Assembly (NCBI GenBank): GCA_041744795.1
Contig: JBGTKD010000199.1
Coordinates: 1-60,509, forward strand
DNA length: 60,509 nucleotides
Direction: 5' to 3'
From: Acidimicrobiia bacterium
Lineage (GTDB): Bacteria > Actinomycetota > Acidimicrobiia > Spongiisociales > ZC4RG35
A model generated the notes under the pieces. That model saw nothing but the letters and a program-made list of their open reading frames with translations, was not told the origin of the DNA and made no database searches. Positions 53,592 through 60,509 of the stretch are shown here, piece by piece. Made by a program: the position numbers and the translations under genes. How positions within the stretch are numbered: position 1 is the first letter of the stretch; the number at the start of each line of letters is the position of its first letter.

Positions 53592-54059
53592 GTGAACTAC
53601 TGGCTGATCAAGTCCGAGCCGGATGCCTATTCGATCGATGATCTGGAGAACGACGGCGTTGAACACTGGGACGGAATTCGCAACTACCAGGCACGAAACA
53701 TCATGCGCGATGACATGTCGGTCGGCGACCGGGTGCTCTTCCACCATTCCAATGCCAAACCGCCAGGCATAGTTGGCATGGCCGAGGTGGCGAGCGAGCC
53801 ATATCCAGACCACACACAGTTCGACCCCGACTCGAAGTATTTCGACGAAACCTCCGATCCCGAAGACCCGCGCTGGATCATGGTGGATATGCGGTTCGTC
53901 GAGAAGTTCCCGCGAATGGTCGGGATGCCAGAACTCAAAGAACACAAGGCCCTGGCCGACATGGTTCTCTTGAATCGAAGCCGTCTGTCGGTGCAGCCGG
54001 TCACGAAGAAGCAGTTCGACTACATCGTCGAGCTGGCGAAGCAACCGCCGCCCGAGTGA
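53592..54059 (+). CDS. EVE (PUA-like, THYN1-type) domain protein
   Basis: GTG 53592 gives NYWLIKSEPDAYSIDDLENDGVEHWDGIRNYQARNIMRDDMSVGDRVLFHHSN.... This is the typical EVE-domain N-terminus. Confidence 0.8.
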   Translation: MNYWLIKSEPDAYSIDDLENDGVEHWDGIRNYQARNIMRDDMSVGDRVLFHHSNAKPPGIVGMAEVASEPYPDHTQFDPDSKYFDETSDPEDPRWIMVDMRFVEKFPRMVGMPELKEHKALADMVLLNRSRLSVQPVTKKQFDYIVELAKQPPPE

Positions 54060-54065
54060 CGGGCC

Positions 54066-55052
54066 TCACCCATACTCGACGCTGGAGAGGCTTCCCAGAG
54101 TCGTGAGGTTGTGGAAGGCGTCCATGTAACGGACCGATCCCGTCTTCGATCGCATCATCACCGAGTGGGTGACCGCACCGTTCCCGTGGAACTGAACACC
54201 GTGGAGAAACTCACCCCCGGTGATTCCGGTCGCGGCGAACGAGACGTTGGTGCCGCCCACTAGGTCGGTAGTCCCCATCACCCTGGCGAGGTCGAATCCG
54301 TTCTCTGACGCGTACGCCCGGTCGGCGTCGTCCCGAGCCCACAGGCGGCACTGGATCTCACCCCCCATGCAGCGGAGGGCAGCTGCCGCGAGCACCGCTT
54401 CCGGTGATCCGCCGATGCCCAACAGCATGTCGATTCCGGTTCCTTCCTTTCCGGTAGCGATGGCTCCTGACACGTCGCCGTCGCGTATCAGCCTGATACG
54501 AGCGCCAGCCGCTCGCACCTGCTCGATGTATGGGTGGTTTCTCGGTCGGTCCAGGATGATGACCGTCAGGTCGTTGACGTCGCTGTCCTTGGCTCTTGCC
54601 ACGCTGTGGAGGTTGTGGGCCACCGGTGCGTCGAGGTCGATTGCGCCGTGGGCTTCGGGACCAACGGCGATCTTTTCCATGTACACCATGGATGCGGGTG
54701 AGAACATGCTGCCGCGTTCGGCGACTGCGAGTACGGCCAGCGCTCCTGGCACGCCTGATGCGACGAGGGTCGTCCCCTCGACTGGGTCGACGGCGATGTC
54801 GACCTCCTGACCTGCTCCGTTCCCGACTCTCTCACCGTTGTGCAGCATGGGCGCCTCGTCTTTCTCGCCCTCACCTATGACAACGACACCATCGAGGTCG
54901 AGTGTCCCCAGGTGGGCGCGCATGCCATCCACCGCTGCCTTGTCGGCCGCCTCCTTGTCGCCCCTTCCTTGCCACCGAGCGGCCGCCATCGCCGCTGTCT
55001 CGGTGACCCGGGCGAGGTCGAGACCCAGATTGCGATCAGGAATTTCTGCCAT
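54066..55052 (-). CDS. glpX: Class II fructose-1,6-bisphosphatase
   Basis: 328-aa GlpX-like protein (…DIAVDPVEGTTL…, …GIGGSPEAVLAAAALRC…). The ATG shares 1 nt with the thiolase stop. Confidence 0.9.
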   Translation of the reverse strand: MAEIPDRNLGLDLARVTETAAMAAARWQGRGDKEAADKAAVDGMRAHLGTLDLDGVVVIGEGEKDEAPMLHNGERVGNGAGQEVDIAVDPVEGTTLVASGVPGALAVLAVAERGSMFSPASMVYMEKIAVGPEAHGAIDLDAPVAHNLHSVARAKDSDVNDLTVIILDRPRNHPYIEQVRAAGARIRLIRDGDVSGAIATGKEGTGIDMLLGIGGSPEAVLAAAALRCMGGEIQCRLWARDDADRAYASENGFDLARVMGTTDLVGGTNVSFAATGITGGEFLHGVQFHGNGAVTHSVMMRSKTGSVRYMDAFHNLTTLGSLSSVEYG

Positions 55053-56230
55053 CAGACCACCTTCACTATCAACGCATCACCTTGACCGCCGCCACCGCAG
55101 AGCGTGACCGCTCCAACCCCTCCACCCCTGGCACGGAGTGCGGAGATGAGAGTGACGACCAGTCGGGTGCCGGTGCACCCGATCGGATGTCCGAGAGCTA
55201 CCGCCCCGCCGTTGACGTTGACCTTGTCTTCGGGAATGTCGAGCATGTGGGCAGACCACAGGGCGACGGCGGCAAAAGCTTCGTTGATTTCAACCAGGTC
55301 AAGGTCGCCAGCTTCCATTCCCGCCTTCTTCAGCGCCACCCGCAGGGCCTCGGCGGGTCTTTCGTGAAGCGTGGCGTCACCTCCGCCAATCTGGCCGTAG
55401 GCGACAATCTCGGCGAGGATCGGACTGGCGTTGGCCTCTGCCGCCGCCCTGTCGGCCACTATGACCGCCGCCCCACCATCCGAGATCTGGGAGGCGTTGC
55501 CTGCCGTGATCGTCCCATCTGCGGTGAAGGCTGGCCGCAACCTGCCGAGCGACTCGGCTGTAGTTCCCGGGCGGATTCCCTCGTCATGTTCGACTATTAC
55601 CGGGTCGCCTTTTCGCTGCGGCACCGCAACTGGCACGATCTCACTCGCGAAAGCCCCGGACTCCGATGCGGTGAGCGCCCGTTCGTGAGATCGGGCAGAC
55701 CACTCGTCCTGTTCTGACCTGCCGATGCCGAGTGCCGCATTTTTGTGGTCCGAGGACTCACCCATGGTGCAGTGGTCGAAAGCACAGAACAGGCCGTCAT
55801 GGTTCATGACGTCGATCATCGAGACGTCACCGATCCGCGCGCCCCACCGGACCTCGCGCACGACATGCGGGGCATTCGACATCGACTCCATACCGCCGGC
55901 AACGACGAAGGTGGCGTCGCCGGTTGCAACGGCCCGATTGGCGAGACCGATTGCTGCGAGACCAGACAGGCAAACCTTGTTGATCGTGAGAGACGGCACA
56001 GACATCGCAAGCCCGCCCCGGACTGCCGCCTGGCGAGCGGTTATCTGTCCTTCACCAGCCTGCAGCACTTGACCGAAGATCACCTCGTCTACCGCCGCTG
56101 GGTCCGTGCCGGATCTTTCGATCGCGGCTGCGATTGCGTGGCCACCCAACTCGACTGCTCGCAACGGGGAGAGGGCCCCTCCGTACTTTCCGATCGGTGT
56201 CCTGGCGGCTCCGGTGATTACAGCGCTCAT
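55052..56230 (-). CDS. Acetyl-CoA C-acetyltransferase (thiolase II)
   Basis: Active-site [23 protein letters not shown] and CGGGGQG. Confidence 0.9.
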   Translation of the reverse strand: MSAVITGAARTPIGKYGGALSPLRAVELGGHAIAAAIERSGTDPAAVDEVIFGQVLQAGEGQITARQAAVRGGLAMSVPSLTINKVCLSGLAAIGLANRAVATGDATFVVAGGMESMSNAPHVVREVRWGARIGDVSMIDVMNHDGLFCAFDHCTMGESSDHKNAALGIGRSEQDEWSARSHERALTASESGAFASEIVPVAVPQRKGDPVIVEHDEGIRPGTTAESLGRLRPAFTADGTITAGNASQISDGGAAVIVADRAAAEANASPILAEIVAYGQIGGGDATLHERPAEALRVALKKAGMEAGDLDLVEINEAFAAVALWSAHMLDIPEDKVNVNGGAVALGHPIGCTGTRLVVTLISALRARGGGVGAVTLCGGGGQGDALIVKVV

Positions 56231-56325
56231 GGCTGAGAGACTATCCCGATGAGCGTGTCCACGAATCGGGGTGTCGTCGTCGGCCGGCTCGTCGTCTGGG
56301 CTGGCGAACCGCTTGAATCGAGCAG

Positions 56326-56742
56326 ATGAAGCTGCTCAACGTCGACCACACGGCGATCGCCGTGCGCGACCTCGACGCGGCGATCGCGGGATATGAGGAC
56401 CGCTATCGCGTAACCCCTCTGTATCGGGAGACCGTCGAGTCCCAGGGGGTTGAGGAGGCAATGATCCCGGTCGGAGGCTCCTTCGTACAGCTCCTGGCAC
56501 CCTTGTCACCCGAGACGCCGGTTGGTCGGTTCATCGAACGTAACGGCGAAGGACTGCACCATGTTGCGTTCGCTGTTGTTGACATCGAGTCGGCCCTCAG
56601 CCACCTGGTCGAGCGCGACGCGACTTTGATTGATCGCCATCCCCGGCTGGGGGGTCGGGGAGCGCGCATAGCTTTCGTTCACCCGAAGGATCTCGGGGGT
56701 ACGCTCATCGAACTGGTGGAGTTGGATGAACATTCAGGTTGA
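56326..56742 (+). CDS. mce: Methylmalonyl-CoA epimerase (VOC family)
   Basis: 138 aa: ...VDHTAIAVRDLDAAI..YE.......E.V.SQGVEEAMI....VQLL.P......V.RFIERNGEGLHHVAF.V.DI... Confidence 0.85.
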   Translation: MKLLNVDHTAIAVRDLDAAIAGYEDRYRVTPLYRETVESQGVEEAMIPVGGSFVQLLAPLSPETPVGRFIERNGEGLHHVAFAVVDIESALSHLVERDATLIDRHPRLGGRGARIAFVHPKDLGGTLIELVELDEHSG

Positions 56743-56947
56743 AATCAGAGGCGGGATCGGCCCGTACGAGGCGGCAGCTGTTGTTGCGGTCATTCGTGAG
56801 TCGATGGCAGCCGAGGAGCGCGCCCGGTCGCGCCGGCCCCCCGACCGGCGGCCCGCGGCTTGGACGCGGCTTGGAATGGGTACTCCGCTCGGGCGATTTG
56901 ATCCACCCATTCCCCCCGACCAAGGACGCAACTGGCCGGACGGATGA
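56726..56947 (+). CDS. Acyl-CoA carboxylase epsilon-subunit-like small protein (tentative)
   Basis: 73-aa ORF overlapping the mce 3' end by 17 nt. IRGGIGPYEAAAVVAVI...RRPPDRRPAAW resembles the AccE pattern (RG.P..EE.AA..AV......P..W). The Pro/Arg-rich tail means it could also be a chance ORF. Confidence 0.45.
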   Translation: MNIQVEIRGGIGPYEAAAVVAVIRESMAAEERARSRRPPDRRPAAWTRLGMGTPLGRFDPPIPPDQGRNWPDG

Positions 56948-56992
56948 TCGGATGTCGTAGATTGCGGACTCCAGATCCGATTGGAGGCCGCT

Positions 56993-58015
56993 GTGTCGTC
57001 GACTTTCCCTGAAGCTCCTACCGGGCCGTTCGGCACGGTATTTGCGGATTCGATGGCCGTGACGACGTGGAAAGAAGGACAGTGGGCCGAGCCGCGTGTC
57101 GGGCCGACTGAAAACTTCTCATTTCATCCTGCGACTCACGTCCTCCACTACGGCAGCGCCTGCTTCGAAGGGCTCAAAGCGCACCGAGGGTCCGACGGCG
57201 TCGTCAGGATCTTTCGCGCTAACCGTCACGCCGAGCGCATGGCGACCAGTGCTCGCATCCTCCGCTTGCCGATTCCACCTCCGGAGATGCTGGAGTCGAT
57301 GATCTTCGAAACCGTGTCGGCTAACGGCGACCTTGTCCCGGTCTCTCCCGGGTCGCTCTATATCCGTCCCACCTTGATCGGCACGGAAGCAAACATCGGT
57401 GCTGCGGCAGTGCCCAGTAAAGAGGCGTTGCTTTTCGTTCTTGCGAGTCCCGTCGGTGACTACTTCAAGGGCGGTGCACGTCCCCTCAAGATCGCGATCG
57501 AACAGAACCAGCCTCGCTCAACCCCCCACTTCGGCATGGTCAAGAGTGGGGCGAACTACGTGATGGCTCTAGGAGTCACGATGGATCGGCGAGAGGAGTT
57601 CGGAATCGACCAGGTGCTGTTTGCCCCGGGAGGCGATGTCCAGGAGACCGGTGCTTCCAACTTCATGCTGATCGACTCCGAGCGGATTGTTACCCCGAAG
57701 CTCACTGAGAGTTTTCTTCACGGTGTGACACGTGACTCGGTACTCCAGATTGCCCGCGATCTCGGATACGAGGTCGAAGAGCGCGCCCTCACTGTCTCCG
57801 ATGTTGTCGAGTGGTCGTCGCGACCCGACGCCGAGGCGGCGCTCTCTGGAACTGCGGCGGTCCTCTCGTCGGTCGGGACTCTGGTGATCGACGGGGAGGA
57901 GATTCCTGTCGGGACCGGCGACCTTGGGTCTCAAACAACCCGTTTGCGGTCGGTCCTCGCCAGCGTCCAGCGCGGCGAAGCTGACGACCTGCACGGTTGG
58001 CTCACCGAGGTCTGA
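56993..58015 (+). CDS. ilvE: Branched-chain-amino-acid aminotransferase
   Basis: Class-IV aminotransferase (…HVLHYGSACFEGLKA…, …YIRPTLIG…). GTG 56993 is preceded by GGAGG (56983-56987). The track ORF starts at TTG 56981. Confidence 0.85.
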   Translation: MSSTFPEAPTGPFGTVFADSMAVTTWKEGQWAEPRVGPTENFSFHPATHVLHYGSACFEGLKAHRGSDGVVRIFRANRHAERMATSARILRLPIPPPEMLESMIFETVSANGDLVPVSPGSLYIRPTLIGTEANIGAAAVPSKEALLFVLASPVGDYFKGGARPLKIAIEQNQPRSTPHFGMVKSGANYVMALGVTMDRREEFGIDQVLFAPGGDVQETGASNFMLIDSERIVTPKLTESFLHGVTRDSVLQIARDLGYEVEERALTVSDVVEWSSRPDAEAALSGTAAVLSSVGTLVIDGEEIPVGTGDLGSQTTRLRSVLASVQRGEADDLHGWLTEV

Positions 58016-59510
58016 GCAACCGCCGGGTGATTGCCGGGATCTCCTCGATCTTGAGCAAGTATCCAACCCCTCCAAACACAGCCAAAGCGGTGGCAGTCGC
58101 GGAGATGTCGCCGATTCCCATCCGGACCGCAGTCGCGGCTAGGGCCGCTGTTCCGGCTGCCCCGGCGACTCTCACGCCGAATCCGGCCATCGCTCGTCGT
58201 TCGGGAACTGGAGCCTGTTGGTACCAAACCAAAGCGATCGTGATGGCATATACCGCCACGGCACCGGCCGATATGCCGGCGATGCCCATTCCGCCGCCCC
58301 GTGCAGCGAAGAGAGCCGGAACTGTGACGGCAGTGATTCCGGTGCCGACGATGACCGGTGTCCACATGCGCTTGCGGGCGTAAAACGCCCGCGTTATCAC
58401 CTGATGTACGACCCAGAACGGGGTGGCCAGGGCATAGATCCCTAGGAGCGAGGCCACGATGCGCGTGTCTCCTGAAGTAAAGGCGCCGTATTGCAGCGCG
58501 ATCCTCACCCAGACCTCAGAGAGCAACACGACCACGAACGTGACGGGCACGGCGATTACTACTGCCGCTCTGACGGATCTGTCGACAGTCTGGCGAAGTC
58601 CCGTCTCGTCAGAACGGGCAGCGAGACGCGCAAGGAACGGGTAGGCGGCTACTCCGGCTGCTTGGGCGATCACGCCGACTGGCAACATCATCAGTCTGCG
58701 CCCGTACTGCAGACCAGCGGTTGTCCCTTCCGGCCCGAACTGTCCGAAAATCCTCGGCCACTGCTCATCTAGCGCGATCACCGTCTGTCCGACCATCAGA
58801 GGGACAGCCAGGGTCAGGTAATCGCGTACCGCCGGGTTGGCTCTCTCTACAGCAACGAGACGCAGCCCCAGCCTTCTCGCTCCCCACCACTGAAGCCCGA
58901 ATGACCCGACGAAGGCCCCAGCGAGGCCGCCTAGGAGAAACGCTTCTGGGGACGGGTTGCCTGCGGCGTGTCCGATCATGCCGCCCGTGATGATTCCGGC
59001 GTTGTAGATGATCGGGCCGAGGGTCGGGACGAGAAAACGCCGGTGAGTGAACTGAACGGCAGAGAACAGTGCCCCGAGGGCGAAAAGAACCTGCAGAACG
59101 AGAGCGAGGCGGGTCATTGTGACCAGACGTCGGGCCGCCTCCCCTGTCACCTCCGGAAAGATCAGGTCGACCAGAGGGCCCGTGGCAAGCATGGCGGTCA
59201 GGGTTATGACTCCGAGGATCGCTGCCACCGTTCGGAACACCGCGCTGAACGACTGGTTTACAGCGGCGGAGTCCTCGTTTTCGACGTGGTGGGCGAGGAT
59301 CGGGATGAGCGTGATCGACAGGAACCCCCCTGCCACCAAGTAGAAGGCGAAGTCGGGAATAGCGAAAGCATGTTGGTAGAGATCGGCCTCTGCCGAACGG
59401 CCCAGTATCACGGCCATCGCCACGTCGCGTCCGAAGCCCAAGACCCGGGAGAGAAGAACCCCGCCGGCAACGATCGCAGCAGCCGTCCCTATCTGGGAGC
59501 GGCCGGTCAT
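58002..59510 (-). CDS. murJ: Lipid II flippase MurJ/MviN
   Basis: 502 aa with about 14 TM helices and a MurJ-like N-terminus (…SRVLGFGRDVAMAVILG…). It is convergent with ilvE, with a 14-nt overlap. Confidence 0.85.
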   Translation of the reverse strand: MTGRSQIGTAAAIVAGGVLLSRVLGFGRDVAMAVILGRSAEADLYQHAFAIPDFAFYLVAGGFLSITLIPILAHHVENEDSAAVNQSFSAVFRTVAAILGVITLTAMLATGPLVDLIFPEVTGEAARRLVTMTRLALVLQVLFALGALFSAVQFTHRRFLVPTLGPIIYNAGIITGGMIGHAAGNPSPEAFLLGGLAGAFVGSFGLQWWGARRLGLRLVAVERANPAVRDYLTLAVPLMVGQTVIALDEQWPRIFGQFGPEGTTAGLQYGRRLMMLPVGVIAQAAGVAAYPFLARLAARSDETGLRQTVDRSVRAAVVIAVPVTFVVVLLSEVWVRIALQYGAFTSGDTRIVASLLGIYALATPFWVVHQVITRAFYARKRMWTPVIVGTGITAVTVPALFAARGGGMGIAGISAGAVAVYAITIALVWYQQAPVPERRAMAGFGVRVAGAAGTAALAATAVRMGIGDISATATALAVFGGVGYLLKIEEIPAITRRLLRPR

Positions 59511-60349
59511 TCTCGGCTGGCTCGCAGAGGCTCAAGGATGTCCGTGGGCACGCTGATGCCGACTGACCCGGTTCCTAGAGCTACGTCTGTCTTGTAGGTG
59601 CCGTGAAAGTCCGAGCCACCCGATGCGAGTAGACCGAACCTCTTGGCCATCCTCACGTATCCAGCCCGCTCGTCGGCGGCGTAACTGCCGTAGTGGCATT
59701 CGATTCCGACCAGACCAGCGCTTGCCAGCCGACGGAGGACGCTCTCGACCTCTGCCTGGTTGTCCATACCCAGCGTGTGCGCGTGAGCCAAAATCGGAAC
59801 CCCCCCGGATCGCCTGGCCAGATCAATGGCCTCCTCGGGTGCCAAGCGGGCGCGTGACATGTAGGCCGGTTTTCCGTTCCCGAGGTAGAGGTCAAAGGCG
59901 GACTTGATATCAGTCACATACCCCCTTCGCACCATCACGGCGGCTATGTGGGGCCGCCCGACGGTGCCCTCTCCTGACTCGGCCTCCACTTCGGCCAGGG
60001 TCAGTTTCATTCCGAGCTCGTTGAGGCGGTCGACGATTCGGGCGTTTCGGTTGTTCCGTGCGTCCTGCAACGCCTGCAGCCGGTCTTGGAGTGGCCCAGG
60101 CCCAGGATCGAGCCACAACACCAGCATGTGCATCCCGCCTCGATCCCAGTCGAGGGACAACTCGATTCCGGGTATCAGCTCGATGCCGGCTCGCGCGGCC
60201 GCCGCAGTCGCTTCGGGTATCCCTTCCAGTGTGTCGTGGTCTGTGAGCGCGATCGCCTCGATCCGCATCGCAGCAGCCAGTTCCACCAACTGAGTCGGGC
60301 TAAAGGATCCGTCCGATGCTGTTGAGTGTGTATGGAGGTCGATCGGCAC
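59507..60349 (-). CDS. PHP-domain metal-dependent phosphoesterase (TrpH/YciV-like)
   Basis: MPIDLHTHSTASDGS..., ...ALTDHDT..., ...AHAH..., ...GGSDFHG.... It overlaps the murJ start by 4 nt. Confidence 0.85.
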   Translation of the reverse strand: MPIDLHTHSTASDGSFSPTQLVELAAAMRIEAIALTDHDTLEGIPEATAAAARAGIELIPGIELSLDWDRGGMHMLVLWLDPGPGPLQDRLQALQDARNNRNARIVDRLNELGMKLTLAEVEAESGEGTVGRPHIAAVMVRRGYVTDIKSAFDLYLGNGKPAYMSRARLAPEEAIDLARRSGGVPILAHAHTLGMDNQAEVESVLRRLASAGLVGIECHYGSYAADERAGYVRMAKRFGLLASGGSDFHGTYKTDVALGTGSVGISVPTDILEPLRASRE

Positions 60350-60431
60350 CGACGAAACGCTAGTGCTGCGTCAAGCGACCGCGGAAGAACTTGTCCCGCG
60401 TAGGTCTTCCGACCTAAGGTCTCGCCGGTTT

Positions 60432-60509
60432 GTGAGACGTCTCCTGCCCCTGACCCTGGCGGCCGCGCTGCTACTGCCTGCGCTGCCTGCGCTCGCTGGC
60501 CCCATTGAC
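60432..60509 (+). CDS. 5' fragment of a secreted-protein gene (runs off the window)
   Basis: GTG 60432 gives VRRLLPLTLAAALLLPALPALAGPID, a signal-peptide-like N-terminus open to the window end. At 26 codons the evidence is weak. Confidence 0.3.
   Translation, partial: MRRLLPLTLAAALLLPALPALAGPID

Noticed and set aside
54066-56230. Thiolase-glpX 1-nt overlap as evidence of a novel pathway.
   Set aside because: Both are ordinary central-metabolism genes. Tight packing is the norm throughout this window, so coupling alone is not informative.

Overview
GC-rich bacterial chromosome segment. Gene content looks Actinomycetota-like (Asp-type MurA, GlnA4-like glutamine synthetase homologue, SigF/SigB-type sigma factor, AccE-like peptide, Thr-rich lipoprotein linkers). 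It is densely coded with about 62 protein genes and 2 tRNAs. I found no rRNA, CRISPR array, transposase or integrase. Many genes are joined by 1-4 nt start/stop overlaps (ATGA, GTGA, TGATG), which I used to fix start codons and infer operons. Most long ORFs in the track that lie antisense to these genes have Arg/Pro/Gly-rich translations and are shadow ORFs.

Main blocks, in order:
- AcnX (DUF521 + DUF126) pair, tRNA-Ser, murA.
- tRNA-Arg followed by a 5'-truncated PAS histidine kinase, and a LuxR / NTF2-like / cupin unit.
- A cNMP-CBS-DUF294 nucleotidyltransferase plus DEDDh exonuclease pair.
- A five-gene gamma-glutamylation amine catabolism operon: ethanolamine-type permease, GlnA-like synthetase, SDR, ALDH, class-I amidotransferase.
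- A second, paralogous PAS kinase carrying a pseudo-receiver domain.
- A class-IV aminotransferase coupled to a P-loop sulfotransferase-like gene, then a methyltransferase.
- A SigF-like sigma factor with an anti-sigma-like N-terminal domain.
- An SRPBCC-SDR-RibD_C operon and several lipid/CoA metabolism genes.
- phnDCEE, translationally chained to a dGTPase-like HD gene.
- dnaX-ybaB-recR, followed by a GTDC1/QTMAN-like glycosyltransferase, a HAD gene and an EVE-domain gene.
- glpX, thiolase, methylmalonyl-CoA epimerase, ilvE, murJ and a PHP phosphoesterase.

Most interesting observations:
1. A peroxiredoxin-like gene has an in-frame TGA exactly at the first Cys of its CxxC motif, with a SECIS-like GGUC-loop hairpin downstream. 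It is a candidate selenoprotein.
2. The aminotransferase / sulfotransferase-like pair appears to be the split form of fused plant proteins of unknown function.
3. A bacterial homologue of the vertebrate queuosine-tRNA mannosyltransferase sits in an operon with HAD and EVE genes.
4. The sigma factor is fused to a degenerate RsbW-like domain.

All homology statements come from reading motifs and from memory. No database search was run.
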